The notes beneath the pieces were generated by a model, which saw only the letters and a program-made list of their open reading frames with translations, was not told the origin of the DNA and ran no database searches. Shown one piece after another: positions 9,114 to 19,413 of a stretch of DNA of 32,000 nt. The position numbers were made by a program, and so were the translations under genes. Within the stretch, counting starts at the first letter, position 1, and the number at the start of each line of letters is the position of its first letter. This DNA comes from Fastidiosibacter lacustris (lineage in GTDB: Bacteria > Pseudomonadota > Gammaproteobacteria > Francisellales > Francisellaceae): contig NZ_QLIR01000018.1 of assembly GCF_003428155.1 (NCBI RefSeq), forward strand, positions 1 through 32,000, read 5' to 3'.

Positions 9114-10147
9114 GAACCTTATTTTTGGATGCGTTGCTTGGCAAGCCCGTTGAACAAACGCCACTTTGGATTATGCGTCAAGCGGGTCGTTACTTGCCTG
9201 AGTATCGTAAAACGCGTGCCAAGTTTAATGACTTTATGCAGATGTGTCGTAATTCTGAGGCTTGCTGTGAAGTGGCTTTACAACCACTAGATCGTTATGA
9301 ACTTGATGCTGCTATTGTTTTCTCGGATATTTTAACCATACCTGAAGCAATGGGTATGGAACTTAAATTTATCTCAAGCAAAGGTCCTGTTTTTCCAACA
9401 CCACTTACCACACAAAAAGATATTGATGGATTGGATGACAAAAATGCGCTAGAAAAACTCAAATATGTGATGGACGCAGTTTCTACTACCAAATTAGCTG
9501 TAAAGAATCGAGTTCCTTTAATTGGTTTTAGTGGTAGTCCTTGGACGCTTGCAGCTTACATGGTTGAAGGTCAAGGGTCAAAGCAATTTACTGAGATTAG
9601 AAAAATGCTCTATAGTGTACCTTTTTTACTCCACACTCTGCTCAAAAAATTAGCTCATATCGTGACTGATTATTTAGATCAACAGATCCAAGCGGGTGCC
9701 GATGCAATCATGATTTTTGATACCTGGGGTGGTGTTTTGACTGAAAAAAGTTATGCACTTTTCTCATTAAATTACATGCGACACATTATTGCTGAACTTA
9801 AAGAACGTCATCCAAATGTGCCTGTTACGCTATTTACTAAAGGGGGTGGTTTATGGTTAGATCAGCTAGTGCAGGTAAACTGCAGTGGCGTGGGGATTGA
9901 CTGGAGTATAGACATAATGCGTGCACGTGGTCTTGTTGCTGACAAAGTTGCCTTACAGGGAAACCTTGACCCAGCTGTGCTTTACGGTGATCATAACAGC
10001 ATTCGTAATCAAGTAAAATATATTGTCGAAAGCCAGAAATGTCATTCTAAATTTGTGTTTAATCTTGGTCATGGTATTTATCCGGACATTGACCCAGATA
10101 AAGTAAAAACAATGGTTAATGCTGTACGTGAGTTTGGCATGAAATAG
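9110..10147 (+). CDS. hemE: Uroporphyrinogen decarboxylase
   Basis: 345 aa. Carries the UroD signature PLWIMRQAGRYLPEYR. Confidence 0.95.
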   Translation: MRTLFLDALLGKPVEQTPLWIMRQAGRYLPEYRKTRAKFNDFMQMCRNSEACCEVALQPLDRYELDAAIVFSDILTIPEAMGMELKFISSKGPVFPTPLTTQKDIDGLDDKNALEKLKYVMDAVSTTKLAVKNRVPLIGFSGSPWTLAAYMVEGQGSKQFTEIRKMLYSVPFLLHTLLKKLAHIVTDYLDQQIQAGADAIMIFDTWGGVLTEKSYALFSLNYMRHIIAELKERHPNVPVTLFTKGGGLWLDQLVQVNCSGVGIDWSIDIMRARGLVADKVALQGNLDPAVLYGDHNSIRNQVKYIVESQKCHSKFVFNLGHGIYPDIDPDKVKTMVNAVREFGMK

Positions 10148-10209
10148 AAAAACGACTAACTTTAACAATTATTAGCGTTCTTAACAAACAAAATAACAAC
10201 TGAGTTAAT

Positions 10210-11922
10210 ATGAAAAGAGTAAAACGATTTGAATTTAAGCGCAATCCAGAAACAGGTGAGATGTGGGTTGAAACAGACTTGCAAGGCAAGAGCTTATTAA
10301 CACTACCTTCCTTAAATAAAGGAACGGCTTTCTCAGAGCGTGAGCGTGAAGAGTTTGGACTCTTGGGTAAGCTACCTTTCCAGATTGAATCATTAGAAGA
10401 GCAAAAAACACGTGCTTATCAACAGTACAAATCTTTTCGCAGCAATATTGGGCGCCATAGTTTTTTAAAGAACCTGCATAATATCAATGAAACTTTGTTT
10501 TATCGCTTAGTGCGTGATAATTTAAATGAGATGTTGCCTATTATCTATACGCCAACTGTAGGTGAAGCAGTCATGCACTATAGTGAAAAATTCTTATCAC
10601 CTAGGGGTTTATATGTTGCCTATCCTGATCGCTATAAAATGCGAGAGATTTTACATAATCGTACTAACTCCGATATCGATATTATAGTTGTCAGCGATGC
10701 TGAAGGGGTGCTTGGTATAGGTGACCAAGGTGTTGGAGGTATTGAAATTCCTGTTGCTAAACTCATGGTTTATACCTTATGCGCTGGAATTAATCCTGGT
10801 AGATATTTACCTGTTTTTTTGGATGCTGGAACTAATAACAAGCATCTGCTTGAAGATCCTTTATATCTTGGGTGGCGACATGAACGTGTGCGTGGTGAAA
10901 AGTATGATGAAATGGTTCAGTTGTTTATTGAGGCGGTCAAAGCCGAAATGCCTGATACATTTTTGCACTGGGAGGATTTTGGACGAGACAACGCACGTAA
11001 AAATTTACTCAAATACCAAAATGAAATCTGTAGCTTTAATGATGATATGCAAGGTACAGCTGCAGTTGCACTAGCCGCATTAATTTCAGCTTCCAAACAT
11101 GCGAATATTGAGTTTTGTGATCAAAAATTTGTCATTTTTGGTTCAGGGACCGCGGGGATTGGAATTGCGGATGAAATTGTGAACGCTTTGGTTCGTTTAG
11201 GGTTTACCAAGCAGCAAGCTTATGATCATTTTTGGTGTATTGATAAAGATGGACTTCTCATCGACGATCAGCAAATGATGGATTTCCAGCGTCCTTATGC
11301 GCGCACGCGCGAATTAGTGAAAGACTGGTCACACGATGAACAAGGCCGCATTTCACTTCTTGAAGTTGTTAAACAAGCTAAACCGACTACCCTTATTGGT
11401 TGTTCTAGTGTCGCCAACGCCTTTAGTGATGACGTCATCCTTGAAATGGCAGACAACATTGAGCGCCCAATTATTTTTACCCTTTCTAATCCCACCAGTC
11501 GATGTGAGCGTATCCCACAAGACATTATTCGTTTAACTGAAGGTCGGGCTTTAATTGCAACGGGTAGTCCTTTTGATGACGTTGGCTACAAAGGTAAGGT
11601 ATATCGCATTGCGCAATCTAACAATGCACTTGTTTTTCCTGGAATTGGTCTAGGTATTGTTGCCATTCAAGCCAAACGGTTTACTGAAAATATGCTATGG
11701 GCAGCCTGTAAAGCTTTGGCAAATTATTCTACGCAAGATGACGATGCGTTGTTACCAAAGCTAAGTGAAGCATATAGCGTGAGTCGTCAAGTTGCTTTTG
11801 CTGTTGCTCGTCAAGCTATTGAAGATGGTGTTGCTGAAGATGTTGATGATATTTGGCGCAAGATTGATCATGTAATTTGGGAACCAAAATATTATCCATA
11901 TTATGTCTTTAAAGAAAACTGA
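10210..11922 (+). CDS. maeA: NAD-dependent malic enzyme
   Basis: 570 aa. Has the malic enzyme signature FNDDMQGTAAV and the dinucleotide fold FGSGTAGIGIA. Confidence 0.9.
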   Translation: MKRVKRFEFKRNPETGEMWVETDLQGKSLLTLPSLNKGTAFSEREREEFGLLGKLPFQIESLEEQKTRAYQQYKSFRSNIGRHSFLKNLHNINETLFYRLVRDNLNEMLPIIYTPTVGEAVMHYSEKFLSPRGLYVAYPDRYKMREILHNRTNSDIDIIVVSDAEGVLGIGDQGVGGIEIPVAKLMVYTLCAGINPGRYLPVFLDAGTNNKHLLEDPLYLGWRHERVRGEKYDEMVQLFIEAVKAEMPDTFLHWEDFGRDNARKNLLKYQNEICSFNDDMQGTAAVALAALISASKHANIEFCDQKFVIFGSGTAGIGIADEIVNALVRLGFTKQQAYDHFWCIDKDGLLIDDQQMMDFQRPYARTRELVKDWSHDEQGRISLLEVVKQAKPTTLIGCSSVANAFSDDVILEMADNIERPIIFTLSNPTSRCERIPQDIIRLTEGRALIATGSPFDDVGYKGKVYRIAQSNNALVFPGIGLGIVAIQAKRFTENMLWAACKALANYSTQDDDALLPKLSEAYSVSRQVAFAVARQAIEDGVAEDVDDIWRKIDHVIWEPKYYPYYVFKEN

Positions 11923-12064
11923 TTTTAAAAACGTTGTCAAAACAATTTGCGTGTAATCGAAAGTGTAGCAACTTTTGCTTAATAGAGAGGAGTAAAACTG
12001 CTTAACCATTTCAAGCAAGATGTGCATAATATTAAGCGTTTTAAATAAACAAACGAATTTAGTT

Positions 12065-13405
12065 ATGGCAAAAAGATATTTTGGTACCGATGGCGTGCGC
12101 GGGGAAGTAGGAAAATCACCAATGACAGTTGAGTTTGCAACAAAGCTTGGCAACGCAGTTGGTCAAGTATTACAAAACGCTAATCAAAAAAAAATAAAAG
12201 TGGTGATAGGACAGGATACCAGGCGTTCATCCGATATGTTAAAAACAGCTTTTATTGCAGGTATCACCGCCACAGGCGTCGATGTGATCAATCTGGGTGT
12301 GGTGCCAACTCCGGTTGTCGCATTCATGGTGAGTGAGCTTGATGCTGATGCAGGCGTAGTGTTAAGCGCGTCACATAATCCATATTATGACAATGGAATT
12401 AAGCTTTTCTCTAAAAAAGGGTATAAGTTAGCAGACGAGTTTGAATATGAGATTGAGCAGTATATTGATAATGACTTTTTTTACTATCATCCACAAGGTA
12501 AATTTGGTGAGATGTCTAGTCAAGTCAATCAAATCGAGCCATATATTGTACATTGCTTGAAACACTTTACTGATAAAATTAACTTAGCAGATAAAAAAAT
12601 TATCTTAGATTGCGCTAATGGTGCGCTTTATCGTACAGCACGTGAAGTATTTAAGTGTTTAGAACTTAATGTAATTGAGATCGCATCAAAACCAGATGGC
12701 TTAAATATCAATAAAAATTGTGGTGCAGTTCACCTTGATGCTTTAAAAACTGCGGTAGTCAATGAGTTTGCTGATCTTGGTATTGCATTTGATGGTGATG
12801 GTGATAGGTTAATGCTGGTGGATGAATCAGGTTGTGTAGTCGACGGTGATGATATCTTATTGTTGCTTGCAAGATATCCAGCGATTAGTCAAAGTGACAA
12901 TGGTATCGTTGGTACGGTGATGACAAATTTAGCAATTGAGCAGCAGCTGGCTAAGCTAAATATTGTGTTTGAGCGTGCCAAGGTTGGAGATCGTTATGTA
13001 ATGGAAAAGCTATTACAAAATAACTGGATGTTGGGTGGAGAGTCATCAGGACACATTATTAATTTACATTACAATACAACGGGTGATGGTTTGATGGCAG
13101 CCTTGCAAGTGTTGGCGATTTTAAGTCAAACTAATCAGAGTTTATCAAGCTTAATTGATGTGCAAAAAATGCCGCAGGCGATGATCAACGTACCGTTAAC
13201 AAGGAAACTAGATGCCAATGACATGAGTTTGTTAATAGAAGATGTAAGCTTTACTGAAAAAGCCTTGGCAGAAGATGGACGCGTGGTATTGAGACCCTCT
13301 GGAACAGAGCCCGTATTAAGGGTTATGGTTGAAGCAAAGTCGCAAGAGCTGGCTGTGGAATGGGTGAATTATTTGGTTGAGAAAGTTAAACAAAAGATTA
13401 AATAG
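12065..13405 (+). CDS. glmM: Phosphoglucosamine mutase
   Basis: Contains MAKRYFGTDGVRG, the phosphoserine loop SASHNPYYDNGIK, the Mg site FDGDGDR and GGESSGH. I placed the start at ATG 12065 rather than the ORF-track start at 12020, because homologs begin at M..YFGTDG. Confidence 0.95.
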   Translation: MAKRYFGTDGVRGEVGKSPMTVEFATKLGNAVGQVLQNANQKKIKVVIGQDTRRSSDMLKTAFIAGITATGVDVINLGVVPTPVVAFMVSELDADAGVVLSASHNPYYDNGIKLFSKKGYKLADEFEYEIEQYIDNDFFYYHPQGKFGEMSSQVNQIEPYIVHCLKHFTDKINLADKKIILDCANGALYRTAREVFKCLELNVIEIASKPDGLNINKNCGAVHLDALKTAVVNEFADLGIAFDGDGDRLMLVDESGCVVDGDDILLLLARYPAISQSDNGIVGTVMTNLAIEQQLAKLNIVFERAKVGDRYVMEKLLQNNWMLGGESSGHIINLHYNTTGDGLMAALQVLAILSQTNQSLSSLIDVQKMPQAMINVPLTRKLDANDMSLLIEDVSFTEKALAEDGRVVLRPSGTEPVLRVMVEAKSQELAVEWVNYLVEKVKQKIK

Positions 13406-13417
13406 TTGGAGTTGAGT

Positions 13418-14170
13418 ATGAGAAGACAAATTATTATTGGAAACTGGAAAATGAACGGTTCGTTGTTATCCATAAAAAGCTTGTGTGAATCATTAACTAA
13501 ACTCGCACATGAGTCAGACGTGGCAGATATTGCAGTGTGTGTGCCCAGCATTTATTTACCTTATGTGCAAACTAATCTTAAAAACATATGTTTGGGCGTA
13601 CAAAACGTAAGCCAATATAACAATGGTGCATATACGGGAGAAATTAGCACAACGATGTTACAAGACTTTAATTGTCGATATGTCATCGTCGGTCATTCTG
13701 AGCGCAGAGCATTTTTTGGAGAAACAGATGAAGATATTGCCAATAAGACCAAGCAAGTAGTGCAAGCAGGTTTAACGGCTATTGTTTGTGTTGGTGAAAC
13801 ATTGGAGGAGCGTACAACGGGTAATTTACAGTCAATTTTAGCCAGACAATTACAAGTCGTATTAAATAAATTATCGACAAAAGAGCTTGAAAAACTGATT
13901 ATTGCCTATGAACCTGTCTGGGCAATTGGCACGGGTTTAGCAGCAACAGCCCATCAAGTTCAAGATGTGCATCGCTATTTGCGCAAGATTGTCACAAACT
14001 TTGATGAAGAGCTTGCTAAAAACATCAAAATTATATATGGTGGCAGCCTAAAACCATCTAACGCAAGTGAACTACTAAGCTTGGAAGATGTAGATGGTGG
14101 GTTAATAGGTGGTGCTTCTTTGAACGGGAAGGACTTTGGTCAAATTATTAAGCAGGCAAAAAAAATATAA
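13418..14170 (+). CDS. tpiA: Triosephosphate isomerase
   Basis: Contains IIGNWKMNG, IVGHSERR, AYEPVWAIGTG and YGGS. I prefer ATG 13418, preceded by GGAG, over TTG 13406. The stop overlaps the secG start (TAATG). Confidence 0.95.
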   Translation: MRRQIIIGNWKMNGSLLSIKSLCESLTKLAHESDVADIAVCVPSIYLPYVQTNLKNICLGVQNVSQYNNGAYTGEISTTMLQDFNCRYVIVGHSERRAFFGETDEDIANKTKQVVQAGLTAIVCVGETLEERTTGNLQSILARQLQVVLNKLSTKELEKLIIAYEPVWAIGTGLAATAHQVQDVHRYLRKIVTNFDEELAKNIKIIYGGSLKPSNASELLSLEDVDGGLIGGASLNGKDFGQIIKQAKKI

Positions 14171-14640
14171 TGTTAGCATTGGTTATAACCATACATATAA
14201 TTGTTGCTGTTCTAATCGTAGGATTGATTTTATTACAGCAAGGCAAGGGCGCAACTATGGGAGCATCCTTTGGTTCAGGAGCATCACAAACTATTTTTGG
14301 AAGCAGAGGCGCGGCCCCTTTTATGTTTAAGCTTACTGCATTTTTAGTAGCAATTTTCTTTGTCACAAGTGTTGGTTTAAGCTATATTGGCAAACGTACA
14401 GCTGAGAATAGAGCATTGGCTGGTCAATCTTCAGCGGGTGTGACTCAAGCGGATTATCAAAAGCAGCAAGCTCAACAGCAAGCGCTCATTGACCAAGCAA
14501 AAGCAACAGTTGAGAAGCAAACTCCAAAACCTGATTCATTAAATATGAATGACTTATTGCAAACCTCAGCAGTTACTACTGATAAAACACCTAAAGATGC
14601 TACTTACAAAAAACCCTCAGAAAGTGAAAAACACCTGTAA
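14170..14640 (+). CDS. secG: Preprotein translocase subunit SecG, with a long hydrophilic C-terminal extension
   Basis: 156 aa. Two TM segments flank LLQQGKGATMGASFGSGASQTIFG. It is followed by tRNA-Leu, as in the E. coli secG-leuU arrangement. Confidence 0.85.
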   Translation: MLALVITIHIIVAVLIVGLILLQQGKGATMGASFGSGASQTIFGSRGAAPFMFKLTAFLVAIFFVTSVGLSYIGKRTAENRALAGQSSAGVTQADYQKQQAQQQALIDQAKATVEKQTPKPDSLNMNDLLQTSAVTTDKTPKDATYKKPSESEKHL

Positions 14641-14677
14641 AAGTTAAAGGTTCAGCTGCCTCGAAATAAGTTTTATT

Positions 14678-14763
14678 GCCAAAGTGGTGGAATTGGTAGA
14701 CACGCCATCTTGAGGGGGTGGTGAGTATCACTCGTGCGGGTTCGAGTCCCGCCTTTGGCACCA
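14678..14763 (+). tRNA. tRNA-Leu (anticodon GAG), class II with a long variable arm
   Basis: The sequence GCCAAAGTGGTGGAATTGGTAGACACGCCATCTTGAGGGGGTGGTGAGTATCACTCGTGCGGGTTCGAGTCCCGCCTTTGGCACCA has a GCCAAAG/CTTTGGC acceptor, a GCGGG/CCCGC T-stem, anticodon loop TTGAGGG and an encoded CCA. Confidence 0.9.
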
Positions 14764-14783
14764 AAAAATAAAAGGAAATAAGC

Positions 14784-15182
14784 ATGTTGCAATATAGTGT
14801 GTACCATGAGTTTTTACCGATTTTAATCTTTTTTATTATCGCCATATGTATTGCAATCGCAATGGCTGTAGGTGGTAAAGTTCTTTCCATTATCGTTGGA
14901 GTACATAAACCTAATCCGGAAAAAAATGCACCTTTTGAGTGTGGGTTCTCTGAGTTTGAAGATGCGCGCATCAAATTTGATGTGCGTTTTTATTTAGTGG
15001 CAATACTCTTCTTAGTCTTTGATTTAGAGGTCGCATTTATGATTCCATGGGGGGTGCTTGTCAGGGACAGTGCAGCAGGTGGCATATCTTGGGCTGCTTT
15101 TATTGCGATGATGGTTTTCTTATTTATCTTACTCGTAGGTTTTATCTATGAATGGAAAAAAGGAGCGCTAGAATGGGAGTAG
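14784..15182 (+). CDS. nuoA: NADH-quinone oxidoreductase subunit A
   Basis: 132 aa, three TM segments and the motif [12 protein letters not shown]. First gene of the nuo cluster. Confidence 0.9.
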   Translation: MLQYSVYHEFLPILIFFIIAICIAIAMAVGGKVLSIIVGVHKPNPEKNAPFECGFSEFEDARIKFDVRFYLVAILFLVFDLEVAFMIPWGVLVRDSAAGGISWAAFIAMMVFLFILLVGFIYEWKKGALEWE

Positions 15183-15658
15183 AAGAAAACTTAAATAGTA
15201 ATAAAGGCTTTATTACTGCCAGTGCTGATTCTTTGGTTAACTGGGTGCGCACAGGTTCTTTGTGGCCAGTGACATTTGGTTTGGCTTGTTGTGCGGTTGA
15301 AATGATGCATTCAGGTGCATCGCGATATGATCTAGATCGTTTTGGTATTGTATTTCGTCCTAGTCCCCGTCAATCAGATGTGTTAATCGTTGCTGGCACC
15401 TTGTGTAATAAAATGGCACCCGCTTTACGTAAAGTATATGAGCAAATGCCAGACCCAAAATGGGTGATTTCGATGGGGTCGTGTGCTAATGGTGGTGGCT
15501 ATTACCATTATTCTTATTCTGTCGTTAGAGGTTGTGACCGTATTATGCCAGTTGATATTTATGTTCCTGGTTGTCCACCAACCGCGGAAGCACTTATTTA
15601 TGGTATTATTCAATTGCAAAATAAGATCAAACGAACCAATACGATTGCGAGGAAATAA
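15173..15658 (+). CDS. nuoB: NADH-quinone oxidoreductase subunit B
   Basis: The N2 cluster ligands are [20 protein letters not shown] and PGCPP. I prefer ATG 15173, with AGGAG 7 nt upstream, over 15152. Confidence 0.93.
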   Translation: MGVEENLNSNKGFITASADSLVNWVRTGSLWPVTFGLACCAVEMMHSGASRYDLDRFGIVFRPSPRQSDVLIVAGTLCNKMAPALRKVYEQMPDPKWVISMGSCANGGGYYHYSYSVVRGCDRIMPVDIYVPGCPPTAEALIYGIIQLQNKIKRTNTIARK

Positions 15659-15660
15659 CG

Positions 15661-16329
15661 ATGTCCTTAACGCAGGAATTTATTGATGATTTAACAAAAG
15701 ACTTTGGTGGAAAGTTAGTCTCTATCACTTATGCTTATGGAGAATTTACTGCTGAGGTTCATAAATCAAACCTGATTAAGGTGATGACGCGTTTAAAGAA
15801 TATATTTAAGTTTGAACAATTAATCGATATATCAGGCGTGGATTATCTTTGTTATGGTGAAGATGAATGGAAAACAGAAAGTTCTACCAGTACTGGTTTT
15901 TCGCGTGGAATGGTAACAGGCGAGCTTTTACACAAAAAACTCAACAAAGGTAAAAAGCGTTTTGCAGTTGTGTATCATTTGATGAGTTTGGCGCTTAATA
16001 TTCGTCTACGTATTAAAGTATTTTTAGATGAACATGATTTGATGTTGCCCAGCGTAGTTGACATATGGTCTTCAGCAAATTGGAATGAGCGCGAGGCTTT
16101 TGACATGTTTGGTTTTGTTTTTATTGGTCATCCTGATTTGCGTCGTATTCTGACTGATTACGGCTTTGTGGGTTACCCCTTTAGAAAAGACTTTCCGCAA
16201 AGTGGCTATGTTGAGATGCGTTATGACGAAGTGCAAAAACGTGTGGTGTATGAACCCGTTGAAATTGATCCGCGTATCAACACACCAAAGGTTATCCGTC
16301 AAGATAATCGCTATTTAAATGAACAATAA
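15661..16329 (+). CDS. nuoC: NADH-quinone oxidoreductase subunit C (not fused to NuoD)
   Basis: 222 aa. Has the motif [16 protein letters not shown] and is positioned between nuoB and nuoD. Confidence 0.9.
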   Translation: MSLTQEFIDDLTKDFGGKLVSITYAYGEFTAEVHKSNLIKVMTRLKNIFKFEQLIDISGVDYLCYGEDEWKTESSTSTGFSRGMVTGELLHKKLNKGKKRFAVVYHLMSLALNIRLRIKVFLDEHDLMLPSVVDIWSSANWNEREAFDMFGFVFIGHPDLRRILTDYGFVGYPFRKDFPQSGYVEMRYDEVQKRVVYEPVEIDPRINTPKVIRQDNRYLNEQ

Positions 16330-16341
16330 TTGAGCGTTGTT

Positions 16342-17595
16342 ATGGCAGAATTTAAAAACTATACAATGAACTTTGGTCCAGTGCATCCAGCCGCACATGG
16401 CGTGTTGCGTTTGGTTTTAGAACTAGACGGTGAAGTCGTTGTTCGCGCTGATCCACACATTGGTCTTTTACACCGTGGCACCGAGAAACTTGCAGAATCT
16501 AAACCATATAATCAAAGTATTGGCTATATGGATCGCTTAGACTATGTTTCAATGATGTGTAATGAGCATGCCTATGTATTGGCAATTGAAAAGCTTTTGG
16601 TTATTGAAGTGCCTAAACGTGCTCAATACATTCGAGTGATGTTTGCCGAGATTACGCGTATTTTAAATCACTTATTGTGGACGGCAGCAAATAGTCTTGA
16701 CTTAGGTGCAATGACGATGTTCTTATATGCGTTTCGTGAGCGTGAAGACTTGTTTGATTGCTATGAAGCAGTATCAGGAGCAAGAATGCATGCAACTTAC
16801 TTTCGCCCTGGCGGAGTGGTGCGTGATCTACCGTTGCAAATGCCAAAATATGAGAAATCTCGTTTTACTTCTAAACGTAAACTCAAAGCAATTAATAAAA
16901 ATCGCCAAGCTTCTCTCTTAGACTTTATTTGGGATTTTACGGAACGCTTTCCAAAATGTATTGATGAGTATGAAAATCTTTTAACCAATAATCGAATTTG
17001 GAAGCAGCGTACAGTTGGTATTGGGGTGGTTAGCGCTGAACGAGCAAAAGCATTAGGCTTTGGAGGCCCTATGCTTAGAGCTTCAGGTATCGCCTGGGAT
17101 TTGCGTAAAAAGCAACCATATGATGTTTATGATGAGGTGGAATTTGATATTCCGATTGGCAGTCATGGTGACTGCTATGATCGTTATTTAGTGCGCATGG
17201 CTGAGATGCGTGAATCAAATAAAATCATTCGTCAGTGTGTGAAATGGTTGCGTGAAAACGAAGGACCTGTAATGACGCCAAACCATAAGGTAACACCGCC
17301 TAAGCGTGACGAAATGAAAAACGGTATGGAAGCCTTGATTCACCATTTTAAACTGTTCTCCGAAGGCTATTGTGTGCCAGAAGGTGAAGTGTACGTAGGG
17401 ACAGAGCATCCGAAGGGTGAGTTTGGCATTTATTTAGTATCAGATGGTGCAAATAAACCCTATCGTGTCAAAATACGTGCACCAAGTTTTACTCATTTAA
17501 GTTCAATGAATGAAATGTTAAGTGGTCATATGTTGTCAGATGTACCAGCCATTATTGCCACGCAAGATATCGTATTTGGCGATGTAGATAGATAA
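16342..17595 (+). CDS. nuoD: NADH-quinone oxidoreductase subunit D
   Basis: Contains [15 protein letters not shown] and HRGTEKL. I prefer ATG 16342 over the TTG at 16330. Confidence 0.95.
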   Translation: MAEFKNYTMNFGPVHPAAHGVLRLVLELDGEVVVRADPHIGLLHRGTEKLAESKPYNQSIGYMDRLDYVSMMCNEHAYVLAIEKLLVIEVPKRAQYIRVMFAEITRILNHLLWTAANSLDLGAMTMFLYAFREREDLFDCYEAVSGARMHATYFRPGGVVRDLPLQMPKYEKSRFTSKRKLKAINKNRQASLLDFIWDFTERFPKCIDEYENLLTNNRIWKQRTVGIGVVSAERAKALGFGGPMLRASGIAWDLRKKQPYDVYDEVEFDIPIGSHGDCYDRYLVRMAEMRESNKIIRQCVKWLRENEGPVMTPNHKVTPPKRDEMKNGMEALIHHFKLFSEGYCVPEGEVYVGTEHPKGEFGIYLVSDGANKPYRVKIRAPSFTHLSSMNEMLSGHMLSDVPAIIATQDIVFGDVDR

Positions 17596-17608
17596 TTGGG
17601 ATTGCCAT

Positions 17609-18100
17609 ATGTTAGAAAAAAAACAAATTTTTCCAGGTCACATTACTGAGTTGCTAGAAAACTGGGAAAAACGTTACCCAAAAGATCAACAAAGATCGGT
17701 GATTATTCCAGGTTTGCATATATTGCAGGACCATAACAACGGCTATTTGACGATAGAGCTCATGGATAAATTGGCGCAATATTTGTCTGTTCCTGTAGCA
17801 CATGTTTATGAAGTGGCAACTTTCTACAGTATGTATGATTTACAAAAAGTAGGTCGGCATAAGCTTAATGTGTGCACAAATTTATCTTGTATGCTCAATG
17901 GTGCTAAAAAAATTATGACGCATATTGAAAATCGATTGGGCATCAAAGCAGGTGAAACAACGCCTGACGGGCGTATAACACTTAAGTCTGTTGAGTGCCA
18001 AGGTGCTTGCTGTGGTGCGCCCATGCTTGAAGTTGATAAGGTTTTTTATGAAAATCTAACGATCGGAAAAGTTGATCAATTACTAGATTCTTTGGAGTAG
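17609..18100 (+). CDS. nuoE: NADH-quinone oxidoreductase subunit E (2Fe-2S)
   Basis: 163 aa. The cysteine ligands lie in CTNLSCMLNG and CQGACCGAP. Confidence 0.93.
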   Translation: MLEKKQIFPGHITELLENWEKRYPKDQQRSVIIPGLHILQDHNNGYLTIELMDKLAQYLSVPVAHVYEVATFYSMYDLQKVGRHKLNVCTNLSCMLNGAKKIMTHIENRLGIKAGETTPDGRITLKSVECQGACCGAPMLEVDKVFYENLTIGKVDQLLDSLE

Positions 18101-18103
18101 CAA

Positions 18104-19375
18104 ATGGCGAATGAAGTTTGTTTTAGAACACTCCACCTTGAGCGACCTTGGTCGCTTAAATCATATGAGTCAGTTGGTGGTTACTCATATTGGAAGAAGA
18201 TTTTAGATGAGAAAATCCCACCTGAACAGATTATTGAAGAGCTCAAAAAATCTGGACTGCGTGGTCGCGGTGGAGCGGGTTTCCCTGCTGGACTTAAGTG
18301 GAGTTTTATGCCACGTAACTTACCAGGGCAAAAATATGTTGTTTGTAATTCAGATGAAGGAGAACCAGGTACGTGCAAAGATCGTGAAATCCTGCGCAAC
18401 AATCCCCATCAATTGATTGAAGGCATGGCAATTGCAGGTTATGCCACGGGTGCAAGTGTTGGTTACAATTATATTCGTGGTGAGTTTTATGAACCGATTG
18501 CACGTTTTGAAGCTGCACTCAATGAAGCAAGAGCGATGGGGTTAATTGGTTTTAACATAAGAAGCTCTGGGATTGATTTTAACCTTTATTGTTCCATTGG
18601 AGCAGGTGCCTATATTTGTGGTGAAGAAACTGCACTTTTAAACTCCTTAGAGGGTAAGAAAGGTCAGCCTCGATTTAAGCCACCATTTCCTGCGAATAAA
18701 GGCTTATATGGTTGTCCGACTAATATCAATAATACTGAAACCTATGCTTCAGTTCCACCGATTCTAGAACATGGTGGAGAGTGGTTTCAGAAACTCGGTA
18801 CTGAGAAAAGTGGTGGTACCAAGCTTTTTTGTGTATCAGGTCACGTTAATCAACCAGGGGTATTTGAGGTAGGCTTAGGTATTCCATTTAAAGACTTGTT
18901 GGCAATGGCAGGTGGTGTTCGTAGTGGTAAAAAGATTAAAGCAGTTATTCCAGGTGGAAGTTCCTGTAAAATTTTGACGGGTGAAGAAATGCTTGCACTG
19001 ACGATGGACTATGAAGCAATTGCTCAGGCAGGCTCTATGCTGGGATCAGGTGCGGTAGTCGTCTTAGATGAAGATACGTGCATGGTTGAGCTTCTAGCAC
19101 GGTTGGCCGATTTTTATTATGAAGAATCATGTGGTCAGTGTACCCCATGTAGAGAAGGGACAGGTTGGATGGCGCGTACACTTGAGCGAATATTGCACGG
19201 TGAAGGCAGATTAGAGGATATTAATAACTTGATTCGTGTGGCCTCCAATATTGAAGGAAATACGATTTGTGGTTTGGGTGATGCAGCAGCTTGGCCGGTC
19301 CAAAGTTACCTTAAGAAATTCAGACATGAATTTGAATATATGATTGAGAATAAACGTAGTATTGTCGCGGTTTAG
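18104..19375 (+). CDS. nuoF: NADH-quinone oxidoreductase subunit F (FMN/NADH site, 4Fe-4S)
   Basis: 423 aa. Has [16 protein letters not shown] and the cluster N3 motif [12 protein letters not shown]. Confidence 0.95.
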   Translation: MANEVCFRTLHLERPWSLKSYESVGGYSYWKKILDEKIPPEQIIEELKKSGLRGRGGAGFPAGLKWSFMPRNLPGQKYVVCNSDEGEPGTCKDREILRNNPHQLIEGMAIAGYATGASVGYNYIRGEFYEPIARFEAALNEARAMGLIGFNIRSSGIDFNLYCSIGAGAYICGEETALLNSLEGKKGQPRFKPPFPANKGLYGCPTNINNTETYASVPPILEHGGEWFQKLGTEKSGGTKLFCVSGHVNQPGVFEVGLGIPFKDLLAMAGGVRSGKKIKAVIPGGSSCKILTGEEMLALTMDYEAIAQAGSMLGSGAVVVLDEDTCMVELLARLADFYYEESCGQCTPCREGTGWMARTLERILHGEGRLEDINNLIRVASNIEGNTICGLGDAAAWPVQSYLKKFRHEFEYMIENKRSIVAV

Positions 19376-19413
19376 ATAATTTTGAGTAAGAAGAATTTAA
19401 AGTAAAGTTAAGG

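Noticed and set aside
12020-12064. Longer N-terminal extensions offered by the ORF track: glmM at 12020, tpiA at TTG 13406, nuoB at 15152 and nuoD at TTG 16330.
   Set aside because: The family N-termini begin at the internal ATGs (MAKRYFGTDG, MRRQIIIGNWK, MGVEEN.., [13 protein letters not shown]), and those ATGs have better Shine-Dalgarno spacing. The extensions add non-conserved residues.
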